Below are positions 28,638-38,739 of a DNA stretch of 64,000 nt, piece after piece; position 1 is the stretch's first letter; each line of letters opens with the position of its first letter. The notes below the pieces were generated by a model that was not told the origin of the DNA, ran no database searches, and saw only the letters and a program-made list of their open reading frames with translations. Position numbers and translations under genes: made by a program. Source of the stretch: a virus. Location of the stretch: IMG/VR virus record IMGVR_UViG_3300027985_001623, positions 34,504 through 98,503 of that record; one strand, given 5' to 3'.

Positions 28638-28968
28638 GCGAAATCTCTCCGTCGTCCAGCAAGCAGTTTGTCGCCCAGTTCCACAACTGGTGCTTTAGGC
28701 CGCACCAGGAATGCCGGATCCACCAGAACAGGAGCCACTTCGCGATTGCGATAGCGGCTTTTCTGGTGATCACAATATTTGTCATGGTGTCCCGCCCGTA
28801 ATAGAGGTCAAACGCGTCACCCCGAGGGACCAGTGCAATTTCCCCGTACTCGCCCTGTTTCCAGACACGAGGCAGCATCGCTGCGCCTGGTAAAACGTCG
28901 CGACCACGGAAATCTTCATCGAGAAGCCAACGACTGAGGCGAAATGCAGCTTCTTGGCGAAGGTTCAT
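28606..28968 (-). CDS. hypothetical protein
   Basis: 120 aa, ATGA-coupled, Trp-rich C-term. Confidence 0.55.
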   Translation of the reverse strand: MNLRQEAAFRLSRWLLDEDFRGRDVLPGAAMLPRVWKQGEYGEIALVPRGDAFDLYYGRDTMTNIVITRKAAIAIAKWLLFWWIRHSWCGLKHQLWNWATNCLLDDGEISRDRRTKTSAP

Positions 28969-29687
28969 GATCCAGCTACGATCAAATTAAGGTACGCCGA
29001 TCCTTTTAGCCAGAAGCTGTCCGAAGAAATCGAATCTAACTCCGCAAAAAAGTTGCCCGTGATCACCACGGCGTTTCCAGTACCAGTGGCGCCCAGATTT
29101 GTACTCGCGAACCCAATCGTCGCGTTCGCCGTTGAATTGGCGACGCGTGCGAACTGCCCTGGCTCAACACTTTCAATGAGAAGTTGTCCACTCGAAGCTA
29201 CCGTGGCGAGTGGCGCGTAGCCTTCTAAAGCGAGCTGGCTATTGATGGCTCGCGCCACGTCGCTGGCCGACTGTGCGGCCGCAGTGAAAGTGACCAAAAT
29301 CGTTGCATCCGTGTCGAAGCCACCGGTTAGGGCGTTGTACGTCTGCAAGTCGAATTCGAAGGTTTCACCCCCGACAAACCCGGTCGGGAAGATGCCGGCA
29401 CTTCCGAGCCAGCTCGCTTTTTGGCCGATCAGAAGCATGACCGTACTGCCCTGAACGGCGGATAGCGCTAAAAAGTCGACTGTCTCCATTTCGTCGACCA
29501 GAGGCATTTGCGTGAAGCCGCTCGGCGAATTCAGCGAGTACGAAGTGAGTGTCCGGACTGCCGCATCGAAGGTCTTGGTTCCGCCCTCAAACCCGAAGAC
29601 CACCTGATTTTCAGATTCGGAACATCCACAACCGGCCCCGGCGTCTGCGATGCCGAGTGTTGCGATGAACGAGATGGTTGTGGACAT
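28965..29687 (-). CDS. hypothetical, possibly structural protein
   Basis: 240 aa; ASDVARAIN...GQLLIES segment resembles sheath-associated domains. Confidence 0.55.
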   Translation of the reverse strand: MSTTISFIATLGIADAGAGCGCSESENQVVFGFEGGTKTFDAAVRTLTSYSLNSPSGFTQMPLVDEMETVDFLALSAVQGSTVMLLIGQKASWLGSAGIFPTGFVGGETFEFDLQTYNALTGGFDTDATILVTFTAAAQSASDVARAINSQLALEGYAPLATVASSGQLLIESVEPGQFARVANSTANATIGFASTNLGATGTGNAVVITGNFFAELDSISSDSFWLKGSAYLNLIVAGS

Positions 29688-29815
29688 GCTGCGAGATTAC
29701 CACGAGCTCCACTCATCGCGAGTCGTCAAAAATTTTTGGGCTGTCGCGAGTGGTGAATGCGTAGCGTGTGACTTTTGTCACTTTATAGGCGCAAATGGCG
29801 CCAAACCTGGCGATC

Positions 29816-30250
29816 TCAACGCCGAATTTGCGGGCTCACAATTAGGCCACCGAGGTCGCCGAAGACGACTCGGTTCGTCACATCCGGGCCACGCTCGATA
29901 TCGACCACGCACCACGAGGGTTTTTTTGCTAACGCAGACTCAAACGATTTCTGGCACCGGGTGCACGAGTACGTGATCGATTCTCGAAAATATTTGGTCA
30001 CCGTGCCGGTCGAATTGCGGAGCTCGATCAGCGATTCGGTGACTTGTGCTTCGATGACGGGATCCCCCGTGTACATCGGAACAAGTCCGCGGCGCACTGC
30101 TTCTTGAGCTTCAACCATCACGATGGCTCGCACGACTGGCCGACAGCCACACCCCGAGCACTTAGCCGTAGGGGGGAACGCGTGTTTACGGTGATACTCC
30201 TGCGGTGTTGAGTTGCCGTTATCAAATTTTCGTACGTGTCGGCGCGACAT
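29816..30250 (-). CDS. zinc-ribbon protein
   Basis: CSGCGC and CTRC motifs. Confidence 0.6.
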   Translation of the reverse strand: MSRRHVRKFDNGNSTPQEYHRKHAFPPTAKCSGCGCRPVVRAIVMVEAQEAVRRGLVPMYTGDPVIEAQVTESLIELRNSTGTVTKYFRESITYSCTRCQKSFESALAKKPSWCVVDIERGPDVTNRVVFGDLGGLIVSPQIRR

Positions 30251-30689
30251 GGGGGGCTCCATACTGGTTGGCGACCTCCCCCCAGCTTAGACCGCCAGGG
30301 CCTAACTTCAAAGCGCGGTCATCGATAAAGATATCGACTGTCGGCTTCCCACCAGTGCCCTCATCAATGGCGTCAAAAATACCGTCTAACTCGCGATTGA
30401 CGAAAGCGACCATTTCGTCAAACCGAGCTTGGTTGGTGCGGTAATGCACCACCATCGCAGCGTCGGTGGACCGTGGTGGTTTTTTGGCGAGCGGGTTGAG
30501 CCGCCAATCGCGACGATGGTGTAGTGACGCACGGGCACTCCAGAGCAGCAAAATGTGCCCGGCGGCTTTCAACTGTTGAAGCGCTTGAACAGCGCCCGGA
30601 ACAAAGCGAAATTTTCCGTCTATCTGGTCGTAGGGCTTATCCGTGAGCACGATGGTGTCATCAAAGTCGACTGCGATTCGCATGATCAT
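30222..30689 (-). CDS. HAD-superfamily capless phosphatase
   Basis: motif I IAVDFDDTIV, motif II WSAR, motif III/IV KPTVDIFIDDRA. Confidence 0.85.
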   Translation of the reverse strand: MIMRIAVDFDDTIVLTDKPYDQIDGKFRFVPGAVQALQQLKAAGHILLLWSARASLHHRRDWRLNPLAKKPPRSTDAAMVVHYRTNQARFDEMVAFVNRELDGIFDAIDEGTGGKPTVDIFIDDRALKLGPGGLSWGEVANQYGAPHVAPTRTKI

Positions 30690-30726
30690 GGGATACGCCC
30701 TACGCTGGGTAGGCGCAAGGGCGACG

Positions 30727-30999
30727 CTACGCTGAGCAGGCACAAAAACGATCGCGCGATGCACACAATTCGTGCGGCCGCATAACGGTTGCGGCCTCCA
30801 TTGCTTGGAGCGCTTGAGTGGCGGTCAGCTCGTTCGTGAACAAGAGCGTGGCTCCGTTAAGGCCGTAGCACTCGCGCACGATACCTTTTTGCTCCATCTC
30901 GCGAACTTGCGCCACGGTTAGACCGTGCTCCATTGCGAAATCCAAGCGCGCGTAATAGGCCCTAACCGCTGGCTGCTTTTCTGGTGGCTCGCTGCTCAC
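30727..30999 (-). CDS. hypothetical (possible small wHTH)
   Basis: GTG start; HGLTVAQVREMEQKGIV. Confidence 0.4.
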   Translation of the reverse strand: MSSEPPEKQPAVRAYYARLDFAMEHGLTVAQVREMEQKGIVRECYGLNGATLLFTNELTATQALQAMEAATVMRPHELCASRDRFCACSA

Positions 31000-31468
31000 G
31001 CTCAAGCGCGAGCTTTTGTTTTCGTTCAGCACTTTTAGCTCTGTTTCTAGCCCTGGAGATTCTGTTCTTCGCGTCTTTCCAGGGCTTAGAAGCGCGAAGA
31101 TTGAGCTCATTACGGCAGCAGTAGCGCCGCACTTGAGAAGCTCGCTCGATGCCTGCATCGAGATAGCCGGCGCGGGCAAAATCCTCAATCGCCCTAAAAT
31201 CGAGGTTCCACCGATCAACCCAGAATTCCGCAGAGCCCCACCCATCTTTAGGATCCAGGTGCTCAAGTACGCGGTAGACCACGTTGGTTTTGGTGTCGCG
31301 GGCGATGTCGCCAGCTCGAAGTTTTAGGTCAAGTGCCTTCGGCACAATGGCCGAAACGCAGTCAACGGGATTGCCAAATCTGTCGCGACATTCTAGGTCC
31401 TTTGCAGGGCGTGGAAAGTCAGGCGTTTGCCAAACGACCCGACTGTTTCTGATGATCCGCGTAGCCAT
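30962..31468 (-). CDS. hypothetical basic protein
   Basis: ATG 31468; basic coiled-coil C-term. Confidence 0.55.
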   Translation of the reverse strand: MATRIIRNSRVVWQTPDFPRPAKDLECRDRFGNPVDCVSAIVPKALDLKLRAGDIARDTKTNVVYRVLEHLDPKDGWGSAEFWVDRWNLDFRAIEDFARAGYLDAGIERASQVRRYCCRNELNLRASKPWKDAKNRISRARNRAKSAERKQKLALEREQRATRKAASG

Positions 31469-31539
31469 GGCGCACGCCACATTCTGAACGACCTTTGCGC
31501 CAATTGCAAGGGTAAATGCGTGCGCGAGACCTAAACAGC

Positions 31540-33192
31540 TTATTCTGGTGCAACAAGCCCGCGCAATGCTGCGTCAAGCGGATCTTCCGAACCTTCTTGA
31601 CGTTTTTTCTCGACGGCTTCCTCAATGAGTCGAATCGTCGCGACCGGGTCTTCGATGTCGAGGAACGGAGCGATAAACTCAACAGCGTTTCGCTGGTCGA
31701 TTATTTTGTAGGTCACGTAAGCCGCCCCAACCGCTTCAACCGCGCGCTGGATTGCAGCAAGCGAGGGCGCATAATATTGTGGCCATTTCAACGTGACATT
31801 CCGCCCGCGCCCTAGTTTGCGGTCAACGTACTCCCAATTACCGTCTTCAAGTTCCACCTTTTTTGGTGGAAGCTGGATTTTTTGGACAATAATGCTCGTG
31901 GACCCATCGTTGCCACGAATCGTTTTGCGGCTTGTCAATCGCTGCGCCGCGTAAAGCACCTTGGTGAGTAGCCGCTTAATCCCGCGCTCACCGTACTGCT
32001 CGCGAAACCCATCGGCGCGTTCAGTCATGGCCGAATATTGGTGATTCACTTCGAGTTCGGACCTCGCCGGCCCGTTGTCCGATTGGTAATCGAGTTGGCA
32101 TCTGGTAATCGTCAAAATGCGCTTTTCGAGATCGTCAGCGAGCTTTTGAGCGCGATCGATGCCCGATCCGGTCATCTCCAAGTAGGTGACCGTTCCACCC
32201 TTCTCAACTTGGATGGCGTTATTTGAACCTTTCTTGATTTCATCAAATTCGGCGTCTGCTGCGATGCCAAGTGTCGGATCGCAGTTGCTCTTCGTGCCGC
32301 GACTTGCCTGAGAAAGGAGCGCGTCCAGTTCTTCGATAAGTTCGAACGCTCCGTAGCAGTCAGGGTCCCCGTCTGCGCCTTCGTTGTTTTCCTCGTTTTG
32401 AATCCAGACAACCGGACAGAACCCAAACCCGTGCGGAACTTCCTCGCTTGGATATTGCCTCCAGTCAGGCTCCGATCCGTCGTCTGAAACCGGAACTTTG
32501 TCCCACACCGTGTCCGACAGAGTGTCAATGAGCCGCCGATACCAAAACCACCGCTTGACCTTCCGGCCTTTCACCATCACGTCAACAGGGTACTGAAATC
32601 GTTTATCTAAAGAACGGAGTTCAAGCACGGCTCGGTCTTCCCACGTAGGTGTGCACCAAGTCGTATTGTGTCGCTCCAAGATCGGCTTTCCATTGACGAA
32701 CTTGAATCCTATCGCGCAACTACCTCGACCTCCCCCGTCAGTCCGCAATGCAATAGCTGTCGCCCAGAGTTGCGTTTCTTCAATAAATGCGTTCAACCAA
32801 TCTTCGGTCTCAGGATCGTCGCATTTGACTGTCGGGTGGCGCTTCGACGAAAAAAGTAACCCTGTAAATTTCGCAACAATCGCTCGCGCTAAAAAGTATG
32901 GAGTTGACGGCCTTCGAAATTTTATCGGTAACGTAAGCCCGATGTCTTCATACCCGGACGGAACGAACCCGCTTTTGTAAACGGATAGAGTCTCTTCTTC
33001 GTCGAGCTCTTTGTGCCCATTCCAGTCAATCGCGCGATTTTCGTAGAGACTGCACCGATAATAATGCCAGTACTTGAGCAACCGTTTCTGACGCATCGTC
33101 AGCTTTTCGGGCTCTTCACTCCCGGATAAGTCCGGCACGTTCTCAATAAACGCTCGCGTTGAGTTCAGGTCGACAATGGTGAGGCTGCTCAT
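31540..33192 (-). CDS. portal protein (SPP1 gp6-like)
   Basis: 550 aa right after terminase; HGFGFCPVVWIQN, VTLKWP motifs. Confidence 0.85.
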   Translation of the reverse strand: MSSLTIVDLNSTRAFIENVPDLSGSEEPEKLTMRQKRLLKYWHYYRCSLYENRAIDWNGHKELDEEETLSVYKSGFVPSGYEDIGLTLPIKFRRPSTPYFLARAIVAKFTGLLFSSKRHPTVKCDDPETEDWLNAFIEETQLWATAIALRTDGGGRGSCAIGFKFVNGKPILERHNTTWCTPTWEDRAVLELRSLDKRFQYPVDVMVKGRKVKRWFWYRRLIDTLSDTVWDKVPVSDDGSEPDWRQYPSEEVPHGFGFCPVVWIQNEENNEGADGDPDCYGAFELIEELDALLSQASRGTKSNCDPTLGIAADAEFDEIKKGSNNAIQVEKGGTVTYLEMTGSGIDRAQKLADDLEKRILTITRCQLDYQSDNGPARSELEVNHQYSAMTERADGFREQYGERGIKRLLTKVLYAAQRLTSRKTIRGNDGSTSIIVQKIQLPPKKVELEDGNWEYVDRKLGRGRNVTLKWPQYYAPSLAAIQRAVEAVGAAYVTYKIIDQRNAVEFIAPFLDIEDPVATIRLIEEAVEKKRQEGSEDPLDAALRGLVAPE

Positions 33193-33233
33193 GGTGGCTC
33201 TTCCTAAAGCGTATCGTGTTGTTCGAGAAGGTG

Positions 33234-34766
33234 TTAGCGATTAACGAGCGAGAGTCGCCCAAAGCGGCCGACTGGTTTTTTGACACGGGCGGCTTCTCGC
33301 GCGAACCAGGATGCCATCAAACGATCACCCGTGTGCGCTTTTGGATCATAGTATAACATCTCGGTGATCCATTTTACGATTTCCGGGTCCACCGCAACAC
33401 CCCCGCGCGCCGGGATGAGCCATTTTTGTAGGGACATTTCCGTGGCGAGAGATTCGAGGCCGAATTCGGGATTGTTTTTGTTGGCGCCCGTGTTGAACGG
33501 AATCACTGGAACTGCACTTCTGTCCTTTGAAAAGTCGAGGATGAATTGCTGCGCCGCGTTGGATTCGACCATGACAATCGAATGGTATCGCCGGTGCACA
33601 TCGTGAATGCGATCAACAATGTCAGGGCCGTTCCAGCGGCCGGACTGGATTTCGAGGACTTCGCGAAGCTCGTTTTCGGGGTGCACCAGGATGGTGAAAA
33701 GAACCGTCAGGTCGGATCCGTCGCGATCTCGGACACCTAGGTCGACGCCCGTGTAGACGCGGAAACCTGGAGGTACGAAATCCAACGCGTGGGTTCGCGG
33801 CCGTCCCTCGCCCAGATCGAGGCACGTCTGAATCCACGCTTCCTTGAACCTCGACTCGTCGTCTGTTCGTGCCAGGCATAGGAGAGACCGTGCGAATTCG
33901 ACGGGCCCTAGGATCGATTTGGCCTGCTCAATCCGCTCAAGCGGCCAGCGGTCCGGCCAAGTAATCACACCGTCTTCGATGACGGAGTACCGCACGGCCA
34001 CCCATTCAGGGCGTGCCGCCCAGCGGTGCATGATGTCGTCTTTATGCCAGGCCGTGCCGACACAAAGGACTCGCGCATTTCGAGTTAATCGGCCTTCAAC
34101 GGTCGATCGGAACCAGTTGTAGAGCGTGTTTCGTTGGTTCGCGGTTAGCGTGTTCTCGTAATCGAGAATGTCATCGATAATGAGAAGGTCAACGCGCGCG
34201 CTGAGGATGTTCCCGTGGACCCCTAACGTTCGAACCGACGGGTCCTTCGCATTCGAGTCTCGAACGACAAAAATTTCGTGCCCTGTCCAAGTTCGCGTAG
34301 GGTCCCGCTTCAAATGCGGCGCGACCCGGTGCAATTCAGGAGATTGCTCGATATAGCGCGCAATCGTTGTGCAGATTTTTTGCCCCTGAGCGTCAGTGTT
34401 GGAAATGATCGCTACGCGGAGATTGGGGTTCCGGCTCAGCTCGTACAAGACGCGGCCGATCGACAGGCTCGACGTTTTGCCGGATTCGATGTGCGACCAA
34501 ATCAGAACCCGCTTGTTTGCCGTGACGAGGTCCTGCCACTCTTGCTGCATTGGCTGAACGAAGATCGGCTCGCCCGTTTCTTCGTCACGGAGAACGTAGG
34601 CGTTGAACGCCGCGGGATCGACGCGAGCGCGTGCGACAAGGGCTTCTTCAAGCTCCTCCAGGGTGTCGAGAACTTCATTCGGAGCGCTGTCGAGGAGCTC
34701 CAAATCGTCGTCGGTTAGCGATTTTGCTGACGCGTGGCCGATCGTCACCCGTTCAATCTGCCACAT
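33234..34766 (-). CDS. terL: terminase large subunit
   Basis: Walker A-like SHIESGKT, Walker B LLIIDD, GTAWHKDD coupling motif, nuclease GVDLG, VESNAAQ, DRLMA. Confidence 0.92.
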   Translation of the reverse strand: MWQIERVTIGHASAKSLTDDDLELLDSAPNEVLDTLEELEEALVARARVDPAAFNAYVLRDEETGEPIFVQPMQQEWQDLVTANKRVLIWSHIESGKTSSLSIGRVLYELSRNPNLRVAIISNTDAQGQKICTTIARYIEQSPELHRVAPHLKRDPTRTWTGHEIFVVRDSNAKDPSVRTLGVHGNILSARVDLLIIDDILDYENTLTANQRNTLYNWFRSTVEGRLTRNARVLCVGTAWHKDDIMHRWAARPEWVAVRYSVIEDGVITWPDRWPLERIEQAKSILGPVEFARSLLCLARTDDESRFKEAWIQTCLDLGEGRPRTHALDFVPPGFRVYTGVDLGVRDRDGSDLTVLFTILVHPENELREVLEIQSGRWNGPDIVDRIHDVHRRYHSIVMVESNAAQQFILDFSKDRSAVPVIPFNTGANKNNPEFGLESLATEMSLQKWLIPARGGVAVDPEIVKWITEMLYYDPKAHTGDRLMASWFAREAARVKKPVGRFGRLSLVNR

Positions 34767-34812
34767 CCTTGGAAACGTGACCAGATTTCAGAAAGACGCT
34801 AATAGCGATCGC

Positions 34813-35097
34813 TCAGGTATCGTGAGCTGAGTCGGTGTCCTCCGGTGCGCTGCGCGTCGCGATTTTGTCGGCCTTTCGCTGCACGGGGATCGGCGGGTAC
34901 TTCAAACACGCGACCCAAATGTCTCCGGGTACCAAGGTGCCGACCTGCGTGGTCACCCAGATTTTCAAGCAGCGATCGAACTTGAGCACGTTGCCTTGGG
35001 GATCCAAATCAATGTGCTTGGGATTGACGAGTCCAAAGATGCTGAGCCCTTTGGACCCAGCTTGGTTTGATCGAAGAAGTGTTGTCGATTTTGTCAT
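34813..35097 (-). CDS. hypothetical protein
   Basis: 94-aa ORF in minus-strand run. Confidence 0.5.
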   Translation of the reverse strand: MTKSTTLLRSNQAGSKGLSIFGLVNPKHIDLDPQGNVLKFDRCLKIWVTTQVGTLVPGDIWVACLKYPPIPVQRKADKIATRSAPEDTDSAHDT

Positions 35098-35232
35098 GGT
35101 CTGCTCGTTTGTTCAACGTGTGATTACTTTAATAAGCTGTACCAATAAAATCGCGCCTACGGTGGCAGCAATAAACGCCGAGATAACTAGTTCAAATTTT
35201 AGGTGGCGTACACACATTAGAAGCCTCCCTAC

Positions 35233-35517
35233 CTACAACGCGCATCCCTCTTGTAAAATAGTTCGGCAAGCTTCAACAATTAACGCCTCTCGTTCCGCGA
35301 TGCACACCGATCGCGGGCTTCGGCGCCGACATCGGTCAAACTCAATTGCCGGGTGAGCGTGCGTTCGAGCCCACGCGAACGATCTAAATGTGCACTCCAT
35401 TCGGTATTGGGTGGCGGCTTCTTGGTAGTTCACGACAGCAACCGCGTGCCAGTACCGAGCTTCTTCGAGAAGTATATGGTAGCGGAAGATCACGGAGAAT
35501 AACGCGACGGTAATCAT
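35233..35517 (-). CDS. hypothetical protein
   Basis: ATGA-coupled ORF. Confidence 0.5.
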   Translation of the reverse strand: MITVALFSVIFRYHILLEEARYWHAVAVVNYQEAATQYRMECTFRSFAWARTHAHPAIEFDRCRRRSPRSVCIAEREALIVEACRTILQEGCAL

Positions 35518-35717
35518 GTGGGCTCCTTTGAGGCACTCCGCAACGGGGAGCCTTGTAAGTTGTGGCGTGCCAAGTACCCGCGCACACGAGTTGCAAGAGG
35601 AGAGTGCGGGTCTAGCTTCGTTAGGCGCTGGACCATCATCCGACAGAGCATAGCCAACTCTTGGACCATGATGTCGGAGCTTTTATCCGAGTCTGTAGAT
35701 TCGATCGAATCCGCCAT
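35514..35717 (-). CDS. hypothetical protein
   Basis: 67-aa ORF coupled to neighbours. Confidence 0.55.
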   Translation of the reverse strand: MADSIESTDSDKSSDIMVQELAMLCRMMVQRLTKLDPHSPLATRVRGYLARHNLQGSPLRSASKEPT

Positions 35718-35721
35718 GCTG

Positions 35722-36060
35722 CTAACCTACTTTTCCACATTTCTCGATTTTCCAATCGACTGTCGTTTGTGTTTTGACGTGACAAATCATTGTAGCTCGC
35801 CAAGTTTCACCTTGGGCCGGTTCATCATCGCTCCCGTCGTCGCTCCACACGAGCCGACAAGCCGCAACCTCGATCTTTTTCTCGCTGTCGAACTCGTCAT
35901 CCCAGGTGTGGCCGTGTGGTGGGTCTGCTTCACTTTGCCAGATTTTAATCGCGTGCTCTGGTGAGACTGCTTCGCACTCCCAACCACGCGAAAAATTTTC
36001 AAGCGGTTCGAGCCAAACACGGTAAGTACGTTTTAAGTCGCGCGGATTTGAATTGCTCAT
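35722..36060 (-). CDS. hypothetical acidic protein
   Basis: ATG 36060; YRVW...EAVSPEHA motif seen in other small ORFs here. Confidence 0.55.
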   Translation of the reverse strand: MSNSNPRDLKRTYRVWLEPLENFSRGWECEAVSPEHAIKIWQSEADPPHGHTWDDEFDSEKKIEVAACRLVWSDDGSDDEPAQGETWRATMICHVKTQTTVDWKIEKCGKVG

Positions 36061-36067
36061 CGTGGGC

Positions 36068-36403
36068 TCAGTTTGCAGGTTGCCACAAGGTCTGGTTGGC
36101 AAGCCAGGCGGCGACGGCTTGTTTGGCATCGACCGGGATTGTCAAAGCCGGTTCTAAGTCGTGTTCGTCGGTTCCCGGAACTGGAACTTTCGTAAAGGTC
36201 ACAATCGCCGCTAGCGGGGTTACGGTATCTCCACCAGCGTCTACGTGACGCGTACCGCTTGGAAGCAGGTCCTCCCAACCGATGTTTGTCGCTTGTTCTT
36301 GCATGTTGACGTGCTGGAGCACTGCGAACGTCCCCTCCCGGCCTTGAAGCACGAGAGCAGCAAAGGTGAACGTGTGATTTTGGTATTGGAGTAGTTCGTA
36401 CAT
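36068..36403 (-). CDS. hypothetical; paralog of middle domain of 44310-45257
   Basis: shared TF..AALV..G...T.AVL, DLLP.GT, AAIVTF, IPV motifs. Confidence 0.7.
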   Translation of the reverse strand: MYELLQYQNHTFTFAALVLQGREGTFAVLQHVNMQEQATNIGWEDLLPSGTRHVDAGGDTVTPLAAIVTFTKVPVPGTDEHDLEPALTIPVDAKQAVAAWLANQTLWQPAN

Positions 36404-36701
36404 TTTGAGTTGCTCGAATTTGTATTTTTCTACACTAGTGACCCTAGGTATACGAGGGCCAAAGATCTCTAATTACAGCTTGAATTAGCCAGACAGCTTT
36501 TGAGCTTGTAGGTGTCCAAGGGTTGCTAGATGTTCGTGAACCATGCCGATAAACGCCGTGAGTTCACCGTCCAAGTCCATTAGTCGATAGGTCTTGAAGC
36601 CACAAGCAACGAGGTTTTTCGCATCGCCACGCCGCCACACTGCACCTCCGTAGCGAACTTAGGATCGCCCGGTTTTACGTCACGTAACGCGTAGAAAAAT
36701 T

Positions 36702-37379
36702 CTAATTCTTTACTGTCAGGGTCCACGTTAATCCTCCCCCGGAATCGCTACAAAAGCCAGGTGCGTTGATCTCGTCGAGGTAAATTTGTGTATCTTCCCG
36801 AGATGCGTATCTATCCTTTACAACGGTAAATCTACGAAGTTGTGGGTCCCAATTGACGCACATACTTGCATGTCGTAAGGCGGTCAGATCTGGAAATCTA
36901 CCACGAAGCTCGGGAGCTGCTTGGTAGTGAAGCACGACGATTGATAAAGCTTTGAAGCTGCTTAGTCGCGTAACAATGTTCGCAGACTCACTCGTCATTG
37001 GGGCGTCAATACGCCAAACAGCGTCTGTCGGGGCAGCTACCCACAATGAAAGGTCGTAAGGTGCGATAACCAGGAAAAGCCCCTCCCAATGTAGACCGTG
37101 CAGGTTCAACGTGGCCTGCGAAATGGGCTGCGCTTTGGACAGTTTGGCCCACTCTTCCAACTCGCACTCAACACGGTGCATGTAGGTTGCGTATGCGAGG
37201 AGTTCAGCCGCGGATGCCGGCCGTGTCATGTCGAAGAGCTCCAACGAGGTCCCCCTTATTCGCGCGAAGCTTTGACCGCCTGCATCTCGAAACAGGAAAG
37301 ACGCCCCGGAATTGTTTGTCACCCATTCGATACCGTTTGGACGATCCGGAATAGCATTGAGTTGCTCAAGTTGAATCAT
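36702..37379 (-). CDS. hypothetical; N-terminal domain shared with 39056-39664
   Basis: MIQLEQLNAIPDRPNGIEWV. Confidence 0.65.
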   Translation of the reverse strand: MIQLEQLNAIPDRPNGIEWVTNNSGASFLFRDAGGQSFARIRGTSLELFDMTRPASAAELLAYATYMHRVECELEEWAKLSKAQPISQATLNLHGLHWEGLFLVIAPYDLSLWVAAPTDAVWRIDAPMTSESANIVTRLSSFKALSIVVLHYQAAPELRGRFPDLTALRHASMCVNWDPQLRRFTVVKDRYASREDTQIYLDEINAPGFCSDSGGGLTWTLTVKN

Positions 37380-37483
37380 AAATTTCCCCTGCCTCCACAT
37401 CTTTGGTGCGGACAGCTCAAAAGCACACGAACTATTTTCGCGCTTATATGGCGCGCTTGATTTTTATTGCGCAAGCAGCGCGT

Positions 37484-38143
37484 CTAGTGGCATTCACACG
37501 GGCACGATGTCTTGTCGCAAAATGCCCCCTTGCCTGAACCGCTCGCGCATTCTCGACACGGTGTTGGGCACGCCGTGCATGGAATTTGATGGTCATAGCG
37601 GCTGTCCCAAACCGTGTGTTCGTCCTTGCACCGATCACAGACATAGCCCTCCCGTTCAGCAATGGCTTTTACCCACGCTCTCGTGACGCGTCGCCATTCC
37701 CGTTTTTCGCTTTGTGGGAGGTCGAAAAAGCGGGCGCGAGAGTGTGCTTCAGACAGCCAGCGTTTGGCGTCCTCTACGGAAATCCGAAATACGCAATCTA
37801 AAGCACGTTCGTGGTTTTTGATGCCGACAGCGGCCTCTTTGCTGAACTCCGGCGCCTCCACAAGCGTCAAGTCCACTGTTACGGGACCAATTTTCGGAGG
37901 CAGTTCAAGCTTTGACCCCGGTTCAAGCATGAATTCAAGTTGCTCGACGAGCAGCCGCCCCGCCCGTGTAAGAAAAATCGGACGCCTTGTGAGCGAAAAA
38001 TCATCAGGGTTCTCGATTAACCCCAGGGCAAAAAGTTGCGCGGAGCACTCTTCAGTAACCCCACACATGTTGGCGTCGACGGTTATGTGCTTAGCGGCAA
38101 TCAATAAAGCACGTTGCGTTCGGGTTAATTGCGCGTCGTTCAT
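37484..38143 (-). CDS. wHTH-like protein with Cys-rich C-terminal zinc finger
   Basis: LT..Q...L...GLI...LTRAG; CDRC, CTACPTPCREC, CDKTSCPCECH. Confidence 0.6.
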   Translation of the reverse strand: MNDAQLTRTQRALLIAAKHITVDANMCGVTEECSAQLFALGLIENPDDFSLTRRPIFLTRAGRLLVEQLEFMLEPGSKLELPPKIGPVTVDLTLVEAPEFSKEAAVGIKNHERALDCVFRISVEDAKRWLSEAHSRARFFDLPQSEKREWRRVTRAWVKAIAEREGYVCDRCKDEHTVWDSRYDHQIPCTACPTPCRECASGSGKGAFCDKTSCPCECH

Positions 38144-38739
38144 AGGATTCTCACATGCTCTTCACCGACGACGGCGAAGATTTTTCCGGCTTTCGTGACA
38201 CGAATTTGAACTGAGCCGACGCCGGTTTCGAGACTGTAAAATGCTTGGCCCTGGTGCTCGGCTAGGCTTTTGATTTGGAGCTGCGCGCGATCGGTCCCCA
38301 GATGTTTTGTACCGTCGTTTCCGTCTTCCACCGGACACTGCGCGATTTCAACCGCTTCCCCATCTGTTGGTTCACCGTATGGGCCTATCCCGGTAAGCAT
38401 GAACTGACAATGGGCAGCCACGACATGATAGTCGCCCACCTCGTCAGCCGAGGCGCCACTCGGCGGGGCACATTCGGAAATGTAGTTGGCTACCTCTTGT
38501 AGGCGCTCGCGTTCGACAGGGATCCATTTGGCATCGTAGGTTGCGAGAGCGGCATTACCGGAGGTCGTGAGCATCAACTCAAGCGGATCCCCGTCTTCAT
38601 CCTCGCTCCATGTAATGAGCTCCATCTGAAATAAAGTTTCAACGCAGAAGCTCTCCGGCAGCTCCGTTTCGTCTTCGCAGTAGAGCGTTTTTATACAGCG
38701 CAGAGCGAATGCTTGTTTGTGTGTCAATTCAATTGTCAT
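38140..38739 (-). CDS. wHTH-like hypothetical protein
   Basis: LTHKQAFAL...LFQMELI...LTTSG. Confidence 0.55.
   Translation of the reverse strand: MTIELTHKQAFALRCIKTLYCEDETELPESFCVETLFQMELITWSEDEDGDPLELMLTTSGNAALATYDAKWIPVERERLQEVANYISECAPPSGASADEVGDYHVVAAHCQFMLTGIGPYGEPTDGEAVEIAQCPVEDGNDGTKHLGTDRAQLQIKSLAEHQGQAFYSLETGVGSVQIRVTKAGKIFAVVGEEHVRIL

Noticed and set aside
17690-33235. ACACCTTC as a late-promoter motif upstream of tube, scaffold and portal
   Set aside because: Only three 8-mers at inconsistent distances, no shared second element.
163-34800. Plus-strand ORFs across the structural module
   Set aside because: Antisense shadows of tightly coupled minus-strand genes.
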